From Polymyxa betae A26-41 (lineage: Eukaryota; Protista; Endomyxa: Phytomyxea), in contig RBZT01000315.1 in NCBI GenBank assembly GCA_003693705.1, positions 1-32,481 of the forward strand: DNA of 32,481 bases, written 5' to 3'. Shown one piece after another: positions 21,158-32,481 of this stretch; the first letter of the stretch is position 1, and each line of letters begins with the position of its first letter. The notes beneath the pieces are model-generated. The model ran no database searches and was not told the origin of the DNA. It was given only the letters and a program-made list of their open reading frames with translations. The position numbers and the translations under genes were made by a program.

Positions 21158-21455
21158 AGCAATGTATAATATGTTAAATGATCTCTAACTCCCTATCTAT
21201 TTGATTCTCGCTACATAATCATTCTTAGTTCTTTTCAGTCTTATGGCCCGCGTATCTTCACCAGCTGTCTTATCATTCCAGTCACTCATTGCTGTCCATC
21301 TTTCAATCTTGTTTGATTTCATTTTTAATTCTGATATCAGGCAATTGCATTTAGAGAGTTTTCTTCCCATTTTTTCGTTAGCTAAGTAAGGTAGGCGATT
21401 TTCTACGAGATATGCGCCTTCTTTATGCCTGAATGCATTTCTTATAGTGATAGTG

Positions 21456-23296
21456 ATGTGTGACATAGCATTCCGATATGATGTCGACCATACTTCGGCT
21501 GGACTCATTTCTTCTTTCTGCAATCACTATGAGGATCGCATTCGCCATCTAATCCAGGACAGAGCCCAGCCCTGGAGGCCTTCGCTTCGGGAAGATCCTG
21601 AATTATTAGCGATTAGGTGTGGATTTCTTCTAAGACCATCTAAAGAAGTCATTAGTGCTCAGAGATAATGAAGATTGGAAGGTAGCGTCTAGCAACGCTT
21701 CAGACCCAGCATGTAATCGAATCAAGAACTCTTTGAAAGTACATGTTGTGGTGTCTGCCGATGACGAAATTGGATTAGACAAGGCTCTGCATAGCAGGGC
21801 CCCTGGTTTACAGGTTTTTTGTGTTTCCAATCATCCTTTTTGTACTGCTCATGTTCATGCCTTCTATGTTTGTGGTTTCGTTTAAGAGCATATTATGACA
21901 GAATGAGTTTGGGCTGTTAACATCGAAATTTTCTAAGCTCGAGCATAGATCGATTTAGACGATGCACATTGTCCATCTTGGAGTAACACGATCAGGGTTC
22001 AGAACCAGTTGAAGGCTTTTTGCCATAGTGAGGGCTTTCAGACATCGAGCCCAGTTCTGGGATTTCGTCCTCGTTCTCTTCACATTCCCGAGAATTCTCT
22101 GATATACCGGGGTCAGCCAATAAGCGGTGCTCTGGTTGACATTGCTCTTTTCATTGCTAACAATTCTTCGGTCTTTGCCGACAACCGGTTCGTTTGCGGT
22201 CCTGTTTTCTATCTGCCCAAGGTGCATTATTCGCTGAAACGTGCCATTCAATCTAAAACGTTTTTAGGTGGAATGCTATGAAGAGGCTGTACTATGGGCT
22301 GATATTATCCGCTCTGTTGAAGAATACTTTCCTGTGATGAAAGGAAATATCAAGTCTATTGCGATGTTGGAGAACATCAAGGCCGCATTTCAGATGGAGG
22401 AGATTCTGTATGCTTTAAGAGAATCGATTGTTGCCTTAAACCTGGGTAAATTCGATTACTTATTCTCCTTCATCAAGAAGTTCCCAGATAAGATTCTTCC
22501 ACCACGATCCAAGGCTTGTTGCACATTCATGTTTATTGGAATATCGCCAGTATTCATTCCACATTAGATGACAACCCAGCCTTTTATGCAAAGCTGCTTG
22601 GCAAGAATGGTGTGGACATGCTGCAAGCGTGGTGCTGTCCCAACGACTGGGATGATTTCTTCATTGTCGCCTAACCCTTCGAACCTTAAAGCGGTCTGCA
22701 TCTTTGCTTTATCTATTTTGTGGCTCTTTTTGGCTGATTACTTTTAGGCATACGATGCTAAAAGAATTGAGGCTTCCCAAGGGAGTCAGGGTGCGCTTGT
22801 AGCCCATCTAGATTTCGTGGACGTTGTTCGCGATGCGTTTTCTGAAATCGGACAGCCTCAAGCACCCTCTGTCGAATCGCTTTTGGAGATAACACCCTAT
22901 GAAGGTGGAATCTCGACAAGCGACGTCATCCAAGCTGTTCGAGTCAGTCTGCATTTATGCCAATCGTGGATTAACGGCCGTGGTATCGCGATTGTCGATG
23001 GCTGTATGGAAGATCTCGCTACTGCTGAAGTTTGCAGGGTAAACAGCCTTTTAAAATTTGAAGCTAGTTCGGGTTTTAATGTTGCTTATTAGTCCCTTGT
23101 CTGGCAGTGGTGCAAAGCCAAGACTTTCAGTTTAGAAAGTGCAATCGATATTGTAAAGGATCTAAGCGTAAAAGAAAGTTGCTCAGATGCTGCCGGTATT
23201 GTTATAGCCGGTATTCAGCAAGAGCATATCGTTCCTTATTTAACCGATTTCTTAATCCCGATTGTTCAAGCAACTAAATCAACAGCTTTATGCTGA
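21456..23296 (+). CDS. Malate synthase-like protein (divergent, multi-exon)
   Basis: DLDDAHCPSWSN, FRPRSLH (catalytic Arg), GPVFYLPK|VECYEEAVLW, MLENIKAAFQMEEILYALR, LNLGKFDYLFSFIK, KRGA, MEDLATAEVCR (catalytic Asp) and VWQW. The start codon is uncertain. Confidence 0.88.
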
Positions 23297-23322
23297 CAAC
23301 GAACGAATGATTGTGATTATGA

Positions 23323-23602
23323 AATGACAAGAATGATTATCGCACATCTTCCCAATCCAAAGTAGTAGAAGCATTTGGAGCTTCGAAGTTTGCACTGACA
23401 ATAGATTGTATTCACAATATTCAGTCATATTTATTTAGATAGAAACAGTATATTTGTCCGTTGGAATGACAAGAATGATCATTGCACATCTTTCCAAACC
23501 AAAGTAGTAGAAGCATTTGGAGCTTCGAGCTTTGCACTGACAATAAAGCGTATTCACAATTCAGTCATATTTATTTAGATAGAAACAGTATTTATTTGTC
23601 GG
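23323..23602. repeat. ~142-bp tandem duplication downstream of malate synthase
   Basis: aatgacaagaatgat...caaagtagtagaagcatttggagcttcga...cagtcatatttatttagatagaaacagta starts at 23323 and again at 23465. Confidence 0.92.
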
Positions 23603-23772
23603 TAAATCCGTCATGAATTGTATTGATAGATGGTAAGCAGTGATCCCAGAAGGGTTCCCCTACCAGTCGTCGATTTTTCCACTGTTGATGTCTCACATCC
23701 CTGTCAGGGAGCCACTATATATGTCACATTGGACTTAGGCGGAGTCCCGTTTCATTCTACATTTTCTACATA

Positions 23773-24739
23773 ATGAATGCAACTAGCACGAATCTGTCGA
23801 CAGACGACATCCGTAAGCGATGGGATGCCTTCGCTGAGGATTTCGCCCTGGTCGACCCGATCATGAGGCAGTCGTGGCAGGCCATGCTGGATCGGCTTTC
23901 GCTGTCGACGGCGACGGCCGTCCTAGAGGTCGGTTGTGGTCGAGGGGCTTGCGCTCTGGCAATCTCCAAGGCAACCCCAGCGTTTTGTCGGGTTAGTTGG
24001 TTGTTTTGTTTCGTTTGCTTTGGCTGACAATTGAGTTCAGTTAATTGCTACTGATTTATCCCCCAACATGATTGCAATCGCCAAGACTGTGTTGCCTATC
24101 ACCGCTGTCGTTCAAGTTGCAGACGGTTGTAACCTCGTGCATATACCTGACGCTTCTGTCGATCGCTACATTTCCAACATGGCCTTGCAAATCGTCCCCG
24201 ATCCCGACTCAATGCTTCGTGAAGCTCGACGCGTTCTAATGCCAGATGGAATCGCGGCCTTTAGGTCAGGACTGTCTTACGTTGTTGTTGCTCATATCTG
24301 AATGTAATTGCAGCGTTTGGGGAGATCCTGACAACAGCGTTATGTTTAGCGGCAAACCCGGAAATCAACATCATGAGAATTTCAAGATTGGAGCGGATGT
24401 TGCCTTGCTTAGAAAACGATTCCTGGCAGCTGGATTTTCAAAAGTCGTCATGTTCCGTCAGCCCTGTATTCTGGAGCTATGGGATGCCGAGCGAGCGACA
24501 TGGTGGTGGGCGAAAATCGACCATAAGTCAATGCCCGAAGATGAGGCTTGGTTCCAAGCCATGAACCAAAGCTTTAAGGTACGATAATTGATTTGCGTGG
24601 AAACATTGCATGCTTAACACTGGATAGAACGCATTAGATGATGGGAAACCGATTAGGTAATTGGCGCTTTTTCAAACGTTTCTTTCTTAGTAATTCATGC
24701 AACAGTCTTGAGGCTCTGATAATATTTGCCTTACCATGA
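23773..24739 (+). CDS. Class I SAM-dependent methyltransferase (Methyltransf_11/UbiE-like, 5 exons)
   Basis: Motif I VLEVGCGRG, then ATDLSPNMI, VADGCNL, DASVDRYISNMALQIVPDPDSMLREARRVL.P.G and SVWG. Short GT-AG introns. Confidence 0.9.
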
Positions 24740-25047
24740 TGATCGTTGAGAACAGACCGTTTTTGAAGCGAGATTTACCAATTTATTGTACCCTTGCTGA
24801 ATGCATCCCTCTATTGTTATAGCTTGAATTTTTTTATGAAATACAAAGAGTTTGATTTTTTAGGGTGAAAATATTCTTCGAACATCCTAACAGCTGCTAA
24901 ATTCTTTTGCATTTTGAATGCCAAACCTTGAGGCCAAGCTCTGCTAATCGGCTAGCTTTATAGATTTGGGCTTTATTGAGAGGTCATACAATGAGATTGA
25001 ATATTTATGATTACGATGAATGAGAGATTGATAGAAAGTGAGAACAT

Positions 25048-25632
25048 TTACGCCAGAATCTTGAAATCGCCACCAACTTTTGCTATTCGAATTCGCTTCG
25101 AATGCTTTTCTGACAGATTCTGGCGCAGAACTCGTGCAGTATACTCGATTACAAAACCGAGGTGATCACGAACAAGCTTCTCAACCCAATCAGTACGATA
25201 GCGCTCCTTCTTAAGCCGCGTTCCGAAATCTCTGGTCAGCCGCTGCATCACACCAGCTTCGACCTTCTCACCAAGAAAAGCAGAGTAGCTTCTGCACCAA
25301 TCCACGATCACGTCCTTGTAATAATACGGACGCAACATCAGCTCCAACACAACATCGTCGGCTGGGATTAGCTCGAGGTCGGCAAGAGCGACGTCTCGAT
25401 ATCGGAAAACGGATCGTATGAGACGACGTTGTTCTAAATATTCACGGCATCGTTCAGGTGGATGTTCATGGGCGTCGTTGGCGAGCGCGCGCAGGCGGTC
25501 GCATTGTCGAAGAGCGCTTGGCCTAGACAGGATGGCGACAACGATCAGCATGACAACGCCAGCAGCGACCATCGCGAATCGGGTTCGGCACTTGGACAAC
25601 GCCGGGCGGACAGCTGGGGTGGCGGTCTCCAT
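25048..25632 (-). CDS. Hypothetical protein with N-terminal membrane anchor
   Basis: Intronless ORF from METATPAV with hydrophobic FAMVAAGVVMLIVVAIL. No recognised domain. Confidence 0.65.
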   Translation of the reverse strand: METATPAVRPALSKCRTRFAMVAAGVVMLIVVAILSRPSALRQCDRLRALANDAHEHPPERCREYLEQRRLIRSVFRYRDVALADLELIPADDVVLELMLRPYYYKDVIVDWCRSYSAFLGEKVEAGVMQRLTRDFGTRLKKERYRTDWVEKLVRDHLGFVIEYTARVLRQNLSEKHSKRIRIAKVGGDFKILA

Positions 25633-26687
25633 GGCGTCAACGACGGATCGACTTCGAATCCGTGATGGACGAGTAGAACCACGGCGCCGCCGACAGATCA
25701 CATTGTTGGCTTTCGTGACCTTTTGCGCTTTATCGCAGAGAATTTTGTTGCTCAAGTCTCTGATCAAAACAACAGCTCCGGTTGTTCTGTGGCAAGACGC
25801 AGCCTTTGTAAGCAATGTTTAGTCCTTCTAATCATCTAATGCTGGAAATGAGCTATACTGTATTGATGAGCTGAAAAGACAATTTTTCGAAAAAACGCGA
25901 AAGTGAACTGACAGTTTGTTTATTACAATGTTAGAAATTAGAAGTTGCCAACAGCAGAAGATACGAGTGCGGAAATGTACAAACGACGTCTTGCTAACAG
26001 CAATGCCATAGAGAAGGCAGCGCCGAATAGAGAAGAGCCAGATTGAGTTGATATTGCATAGTCCCGCCAGAAGGTCATAGACAGAGCTCACTGCTGGTTG
26101 AAACGTACTATGCCAATTACATAGACAACGACACCTATCTAATCATAGACAAATGTCGTTGATCAAGAATGGAGGCGAAACCGACGCCTTTCGTTCTGAA
26201 TACGAATTTACGGGAAGCGGTCTCCGTGGCGGACCCCGAGAAATGGCATATTAGCGGCTCCTGCATAACTCTGAAAGAATCGAAACTGGCTCGAAATAGC
26301 CAGAAACTCGAACTCGCTTCTCATGTCGAGAGCAGCCTCATCCTGCGCAACCCGCTTTCCGAACCGACTTACGAAGCAAACCCGTCCGTGTCCTCGCCTG
26401 AGCTGCCGCCCTGCAGCGGAAAAAGAGCTCCTACCAGGAACCACTGTTTAGGCTTTAACTCCAGGTACCCTTGATTCATCTGACAATTGATACTTTATAT
26501 AAACTACCGATTTCTTCGAGTCAGTCACCATTAGAAATGGCGTTACAGTCAACAGAAACGGAAAGTTTATGAATGACGATTGAATGCGAAGTGCGACGAC
26601 GAATCGACGATGATCTCAAATTTGGCAACGATCTGAGATGTTAGGACAGAGTGAATTTGGCTAGCCCAAGGCGGATATTAGGTTGAT

Positions 26688-26694
26688 AAAAAAA
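26688..26694 (-). terminator. RNA polymerase III terminator (T7) of tRNA-Tyr
   Basis: Seven T on the - strand, 3 nt after the discriminator base. Confidence 0.8.
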
Positions 26695-26697
26695 GAA

Positions 26698-26780
26698 TCC
26701 CCCCTACCCGGATCGAACGGGTGACCTGAGCATTACAGTACTTCTACAGTGCCCCGCTCTTCCAGCTGAGCTAAGAGGGG
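26698..26780 (-). tRNA. tRNA-Tyr (GTA) with 10-nt canonical intron
   Basis: CCCCTCT TAGCTCAGCTGGAAGAGC G GGGCA CT GTA G [AAGTACTGTA] A TGCTC AGGTC ACCCG TTCGATC CGGGT AGGGGGG A. Full cloverleaf with C1-G72 and A73. Confidence 0.95.
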
Positions 26781-28706
26781 AAATCCGTGAAACCGTACTT
26801 TCGGGCATTTATGGCACGTTTCAAGAGTAGATCATGCGCAACTGCAAATTCTGTAATCTTTGATAAGAGCAAGTAGAATGGCTTCCCATAATACCTGTTA
26901 GGATAAACGCCGTCGTTTCGACCGAGTAGTTGATCTGAAGAACGCTATTTATCGAAGTGTTGGATCCATTGTGCGTGTTTCTGTGTCTGGCTGATTCAGC
27001 GCCTAATTCTGTGTTTCAAAACTTCAATATATGACTCAGGGATTGCGGACCGATGACATGTAAGTCAACGGAATTGAAAATTAGGCAATAAAACGCGCGC
27101 AAGCTGCATGAAAGAAGCTAAAACCGAAAATGGCAAACTACTTGTCGATTCCATTCTCATTTTTTGAATGAAAAATTCAATCCATTGGAAAAACTCTCCT
27201 TCTCTGTCTTTGTTCTAAGAGCTCTGTGGATGTTGCTTCTGCTTTGTAAACTGACAGCGACAGAGCAGCTCACTTCAGATCGTTTCCTTCTATAGTCCAA
27301 AGTATTGCATCAGTATAGCATACGCGGACCATAGATGGCATCCCGATCGTCAGCACGGAACAATCAGGCGAATGGCGCTGGCGATGGTGAAGTACGACAA
27401 TGCTTGAGTGAAGAAGGTAATGCTGTCGAATCGAATCCGAACGATGGGAGGCGTCGCATTAAAAGCGATCAAACTTCGGACACATTAAGGGATAACGAGA
27501 CCGCCGATACAGCCGATACAGCCAGTTTGGTTCAGATCAACCATGTCGAGCTGCGCTGGGGTTCGACCGATATCGTCACCGAAATGGAGCTGGTGTTTTG
27601 GTGAACTGTTTCAAGAACGCATGGAATGGAGTATCACTATTTGAATGCGGATCTGGCTCCCTGTAATTTGGCCTTAAAATGGCCTTATCGGGCCAAATGG
27701 CATAACGTTGGCTTCATGTAAAAAGTGAGTCTCAGCCCTAATAAGCTAACCCCACACAATTCGAAGCCGGTTTTCATCGACACGTGGGTTGGATCAATCA
27801 ATTGAAAAACGATCTTCTGTCTGTTTGGAGTTGGCAGGCGAACTGCATCGAAATTCCACCTGGGAGTATAAGTTGCCACAGTATAAATTTGAAAACATAA
27901 CAAAAGGCAGTCAGCTGTCAGGCATATTTCTAAAAAAATCTCAGTAGCTAACTATGTTTTAACATTTTTTCAAAACTTCCCGAGTTAATTACTACGATCG
28001 CTGTTTGCTTTCTTTTTTGTATTCCTGCTTTCGGAATAGAAGTAACACATCTTCTTGGCAGCACATCGCAGAGATTAGGCCATTTTTAGGCCACATTTCA
28101 TTATCCAGCGGATTTCATTTCGAAGTTCGGAGAGCAATTCGTGATGACGAAATATCTTTGTATGCTGTCTATGAGGGGAATTTATTAACGTAAACCATTA
28201 GAAAGAGGAAACGAGCGGCAAAATCAGCATGCTGGACAGCATGGGCGGACTCGCTATTGGAAGCCTAACGATGAACAGGCAGATCTTCGTCACTGCATTT
28301 GAAGGTGTCGGCAATCACATTCAGGTTGTTCGTAAAACTGAGAGGTCCGTAAGACGATATTTGCAAACAGTGGTGATAAAATGCATTGAAAAACGATCAT
28401 GAATTGATGAAGAATTCGCGGTTAGAAGCTCTCATAATTGAAAGTCCAAAAGAGAAAAGAATTTCGATCATAATAGTACTGGAATTCTACCGATTACATA
28501 TAAATAAACATTTTGTATTAATGTGTATTGTTTTAAAGGTAAGCGGGTCAGAGGAGGCTCAATTATTGGGTTGAGCCAGATGCGGAAACTTTTCCGAAAT
28601 TTTCTCCCGCAGAAGACGAATAACTTCTGGTGACCCGTTATTGTCAGAGAATGGCGTGTTACGCACGATGTCTAATTCATTCGAGGTGTGCTCTACAGTC
28701 CAACAG

Positions 28707-29255
28707 TTAACAGCGAACAAACGACGACCAATTCCACGGACCTCCCAACAGCTTTAGATCACAGATCAAATTGACCTTATTGATGTCAGTTGTGAAAGCC
28801 ACGAGATGTTGGACGATGCTGGGAGCTGTAACGAACAGGGCGCGGGCGAAGTAACGCAGAAAGCCGAAATTCGAGGACTCCAGAATGTTGCCGAGTTCCA
28901 CGTCGTGAATGAGAGCCAGTACGGCCAGGTGATTGACGTTGTCAAAGCCGAACAGCTCCGGTGAGTGACCGAGAATGTCGCCGTAGAAGAGCCGTTTGCT
29001 GTTGCAGAGCGGTGAGAGAGCGAACGACGAAATTCGTTGCAGCAGCGCTTTCGGTAAAGCGTGCTGTGGCAAGCAACGCTTCACGACCTGGAAGATGTCG
29101 GCGAGCGTGTTGTCCTCGGCGCGTACGACCAGAGCGACGAAATGCGCGATGAGACCGGCATCGTCGTACCGATTTCGGCGGAAAAGAGATCAGAGAAGGT
29201 TTCTGATCAGGCTGTGAACATTGGACGAGGTCGACACCTTCTCTCCGAGCTTTCT
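28707..29255 (-). pseudogene. Coding remnant of unknown helical protein with in-frame TGA
   Basis: GC-rich frame KLGEKVSTSSNVHSLIRNLL*SLFRRNRYDDAGLIAHF...FVRC* with a single TGA at 29192-29190, preceded by a splice-acceptor-like tract. Confidence 0.45.
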
Positions 29256-30279
29256 TAAATCGCTGACAACAATATAAGCCGACTGTTAAACAGATAAAAA
29301 GTAGAATTTTCAGAAAACTACAATAAAAGCCGAATTAAAAATATCATCCGTAAGAAAAGCAAAATTGCGAAAAAATGGACAATCACAAAATGAAGAGAAT
29401 AGTCAGTAGAAGACTCACTGTTGGAGAATTAAACTCCACATAAGTGCGAGTTCATGAGGAGTGGCATCTGTAACATTACATTCTACCGTTTCAGCCCACT
29501 CCTCATTAGACGCCTGACGCATAATATAGGAAGATATCCGAGCTAATACCAAGTTGATATCGTACGGACATGACGGCTGCCGGTGATACCTCAACCTACA
29601 TATGTATATGTTACCAATGGATCAGATATACGATACAACAGACCATTGCGGGAATCAATGATAATGTGAACTTGACCATTTCAAGCTGTCAAGATTTGTA
29701 TATGCAATGATAATGTGAACTTGTTCAGCTTGAATCTGTCTTGTTCATAATGAAAGTCGTCGGCTGCGAACAGTGCAGAAAGCAGATGGCATTGCTGTTA
29801 CATCTTTTTTTAAATTGATATTAGTTCCTCAGTTCGTCTCTTCGCAAATAGACACAATCCAGACAGGATTCCCATCGTCGTTCTTCTACAATGAAATATT
29901 CGTTCGAGATCGCTCGCAGCCGGATTCTCTGGCTGATTCAAATCGGATGATTGTCGCTGTGGACAGCGACAATCAGCTTTCAGGTACTGAAGTCGTCTGC
30001 GGAACGGCACGTTACAATGAATGAAGCCTCGAATCAGGGGTCGTACTAGCCCCAATTAATGTCTCAGTATCGCTTATATTGTATGTGAATGAGAAGATGC
30101 CCATCTTAAAAAACCGATGCTAATTTTTTGCTCAAAATTTAGAGCACGAAGAATGTTGAGCTAATCAGCGGAAAGCGAATCCCGTTCCTGTGTGGTATCG
30201 AAAGGGCCGAACATGAAAGATTCTTCAAAGAATGGGTGAATACTTTTAGCACGGAAAACGGCTGAGGTCGTTGTGATCC

Positions 30280-30960
30280 AGATTTAGACAGACTACTATT
30301 CCTGGGAAATCAGCGTCTGTTTTCCGATCCCGCCGTCGTGCTGGCTCTACTACGCTACGGGATCCGTTTCCTCTTAAAGGATTTTTTCAGACTTGTGAAC
30401 TTTACAAAACCCATACCCGTATCAGTAACACGGCATCAAATTCCGAACATTGTTCTGCTTCTAGACCAGACAGCTGTGGAGCTTGCCCTTTTTTATTATG
30501 CTTCTCAAAACGCGCGACTAGGAACCCGCTCTTGCCATGCTCCGGATTCCGATGGCGCAGTGTCTAATCAGTCAGGATTTCTTCCGCTTCACGCTGAATC
30601 AGCTTCGTGATCACCATCCAGAAGGTGGTTACACCATAGATTTATTGAAATTCCTCACCAAGATGCCCTTCTTCCCCGAATTCGCAAAATTTTCCGAGAG
30701 TGATGGAAGCACTCTATTGAGCGTTCTGATCTATCAGTGGAAGACGGGGGATTATAAAAAAATATTCCAATAGTTAGAGAAGCACTCGATTGAGCGCTTA
30801 TATCGATATTTGGAAGAAGGAGGATCATTATAGGGTTGGTGCTAACCGCTTCTTTCAGATTCTATTCGATATTCTACGTCCTCATATCCCTGATTTTGAA
30901 CTTCAATTCAATCACTGCACAGAGTCCCTCTCTGTCTTGTTCCGGACGGAGACATTATGA
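30280..30960 (+). pseudogene. Degraded coding remnant, unknown family
   Basis: Protein-like frames LALLRYGIRFLLKDFF... and MLRIPMAQCLISQDFFRF...YKKIFQ*LEKHSIERLYRYLEE are linked by a frameshift and an in-frame stop. Confidence 0.4.
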
Positions 30961-32481
30961 AGGGAAAGGTCCGAATTGAAGAGAAGCCCGCCTTGTCCGA
31001 CTGATTCAAGTTTCAAATGGAATAAAGATCAGAACGAGCGATTATTTCCGCAATGTACGGTCGCGGCAATCTTAAACCGACAGCTTTAGTATGGGTCCAT
31101 AGTTAAGGCATTATTAGCAGGGTCCAATGATCGATCAAGGATACTGAACTCTTCGTAAATTATTCAGAACTTAAGAGAATAGAAAAAAAGTATGAAAAAA
31201 TATTGCGGAATCTCATTTGAACATTAAAAAGGGGAAAGTGCGGAGCCTCCCGATGGGCCTTTGCGCAGCCTTCTGCGCAGCCCAGAGAATCAAGCGTCAA
31301 CGTCATCTGAAACATCTACAAGAGCAGAAGCGACGCGATCGTGAAGTAGCGTTGCTGTGATCGCAGATTCAACTCTCAAGAGGAGACTTCCCACTGACAA
31401 TGTTTTGTTGAACGATTGATGAAACCCGATTCAGATTTCGTTGACAAAAGTTTTTGAAGGATTTAATTAATGGAGAGAAAAGTGTTTGAAGGATTTAATC
31501 AAATGGAAGTTTGGAGCTGGAACCCATTTTCGAAATTGTTATCAATCCCATAATGGATTCCGATAAGTTTATGGCAACGATGTCGATATAATCGTTATCC
31601 GACTTTGTGATGGCATTACACGATCTAGGGGAACTTATCCCAGAGCAAAACAACCCATTTGACAAGCTAAAATTAAAAGTTGCGAATTTGATGAAGAGCG
31701 AAAGGTGGCTTTTTGTTTAGACTTTTTTAAAGCAAATACTCAAAAGTATTTTTCAACCATCGATACTGACTGTCTCACAGCTACAAACATGGAAAGGCGT
31801 TCAAACCGTCAAACCAAGATTGCTGACACGACGGCATTGGTGTTCGTGACGGACAGAGGCGCGAATTTGTAGATCCGTTGCCTAGCAATGAGGATCGATT
31901 ATACCGAGCAGAGACGCCATTTCCGGTAATCTGATCAACAGACGAGTTTGCGATATTGCTCTATCTGTCTCCCATCACTATCAATTCCATACTGTAACAT
32001 CAATTGATCAAGCATGAAACATTTCATGTAAATGAAGATATTATCTGGCGGTTTTAATCAAAATACAAAAAAAACTGTGTTCGCGAAGGCGTTTTTTTCT
32101 TGTCGATCGCCTAACGCTGATTTGATCATAATGTACATTTGCGGTGCACCTATACAGGCGAAGCTTTTGTAACGCTTTGTGTAATCATGGACGAATGGCT
32201 GAGATTAAGCGACGTAATACCAAGCTGATGCTTGGGCCAATCGAGCGCGGAAATGATTTTGAATTCGTAATATCTCCGTCGAAAATAATCCAGAAATTCA
32301 TTCGAATATGTTCGAGTTTGCATTGACAGCTGATGGACAGAATCGACGTCACGACCTCTGGCCAGATTGTTCGTCTGTGAGCGTTCGGATCCGCTAACTA
32401 CCTCACCTCCGAATCGTCGAGCTGCATCCATGGAACGAATTACGATAGGATATCGATAGATTTCTTGTATTGTCCACAAAA

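Noticed and set aside
21197-21523. 108-aa - strand ORF between cyclin and malate synthase
   Set aside because: Non-ATG start, overlaps the malate synthase 5' end, and has no domain or supported splice structure.
19160-23602. Repeats considered as a CRISPR-like array
   Set aside because: Eukaryotic context, the repeats are imperfect tandem duplications without unique regular spacers, and there are no cas genes.
26169-26474. 101-aa + strand ORF
   Set aside because: No recognisable features or supporting exons.
29190-29192. Single in-frame TGA as possible selenocysteine or readthrough
   Set aside because: No redox motif context or visible SECIS element, and the neighbouring remnants are also degraded, so a nonsense mutation is more parsimonious.

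Overview
Eukaryotic genomic DNA with compact genes, mostly ~45-65 nt GT-AG introns and an intron-containing tRNA. It looks like a protist such as a phytomyxean or oomycete-like organism, but that is inference only. Bases 1-8.7 kb are a nest of decayed mobile elements. (1) A + strand LTR with the start of gag abuts a - strand Ty3/Gypsy element (LTR, gag, protease, deleted RT). (2) That gag is split at a TA by a 2.2 kb pogo-type DD35D DNA transposon carrying a second, convergent, intron-containing gene for a small HIRAN-like/Cys-His protein. This is the most novel-looking item. (3) A Tc1/mariner-type transposase C-terminal remnant follows. (4) A complete-length two-ORF PIF/Harbinger-superfamily element has perfect 17-bp TIRs, an ATT target duplication and subterminal GGAYGAA motifs. 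Bases 9.9-26.8 kb are host genes: a coiled-coil protein, a TPR-like protein with a poly-Lys tail, hypothetical proteins, a TYW3-TYW2 fusion, a degenerate DEDDh exonuclease-like protein, an A/B-type cyclin, a divergent malate synthase, a class I SAM methyltransferase and tRNA-Tyr(GTA). The last ~5 kb contains only degraded coding remnants. All gene models were spliced by hand and no database searches were run.
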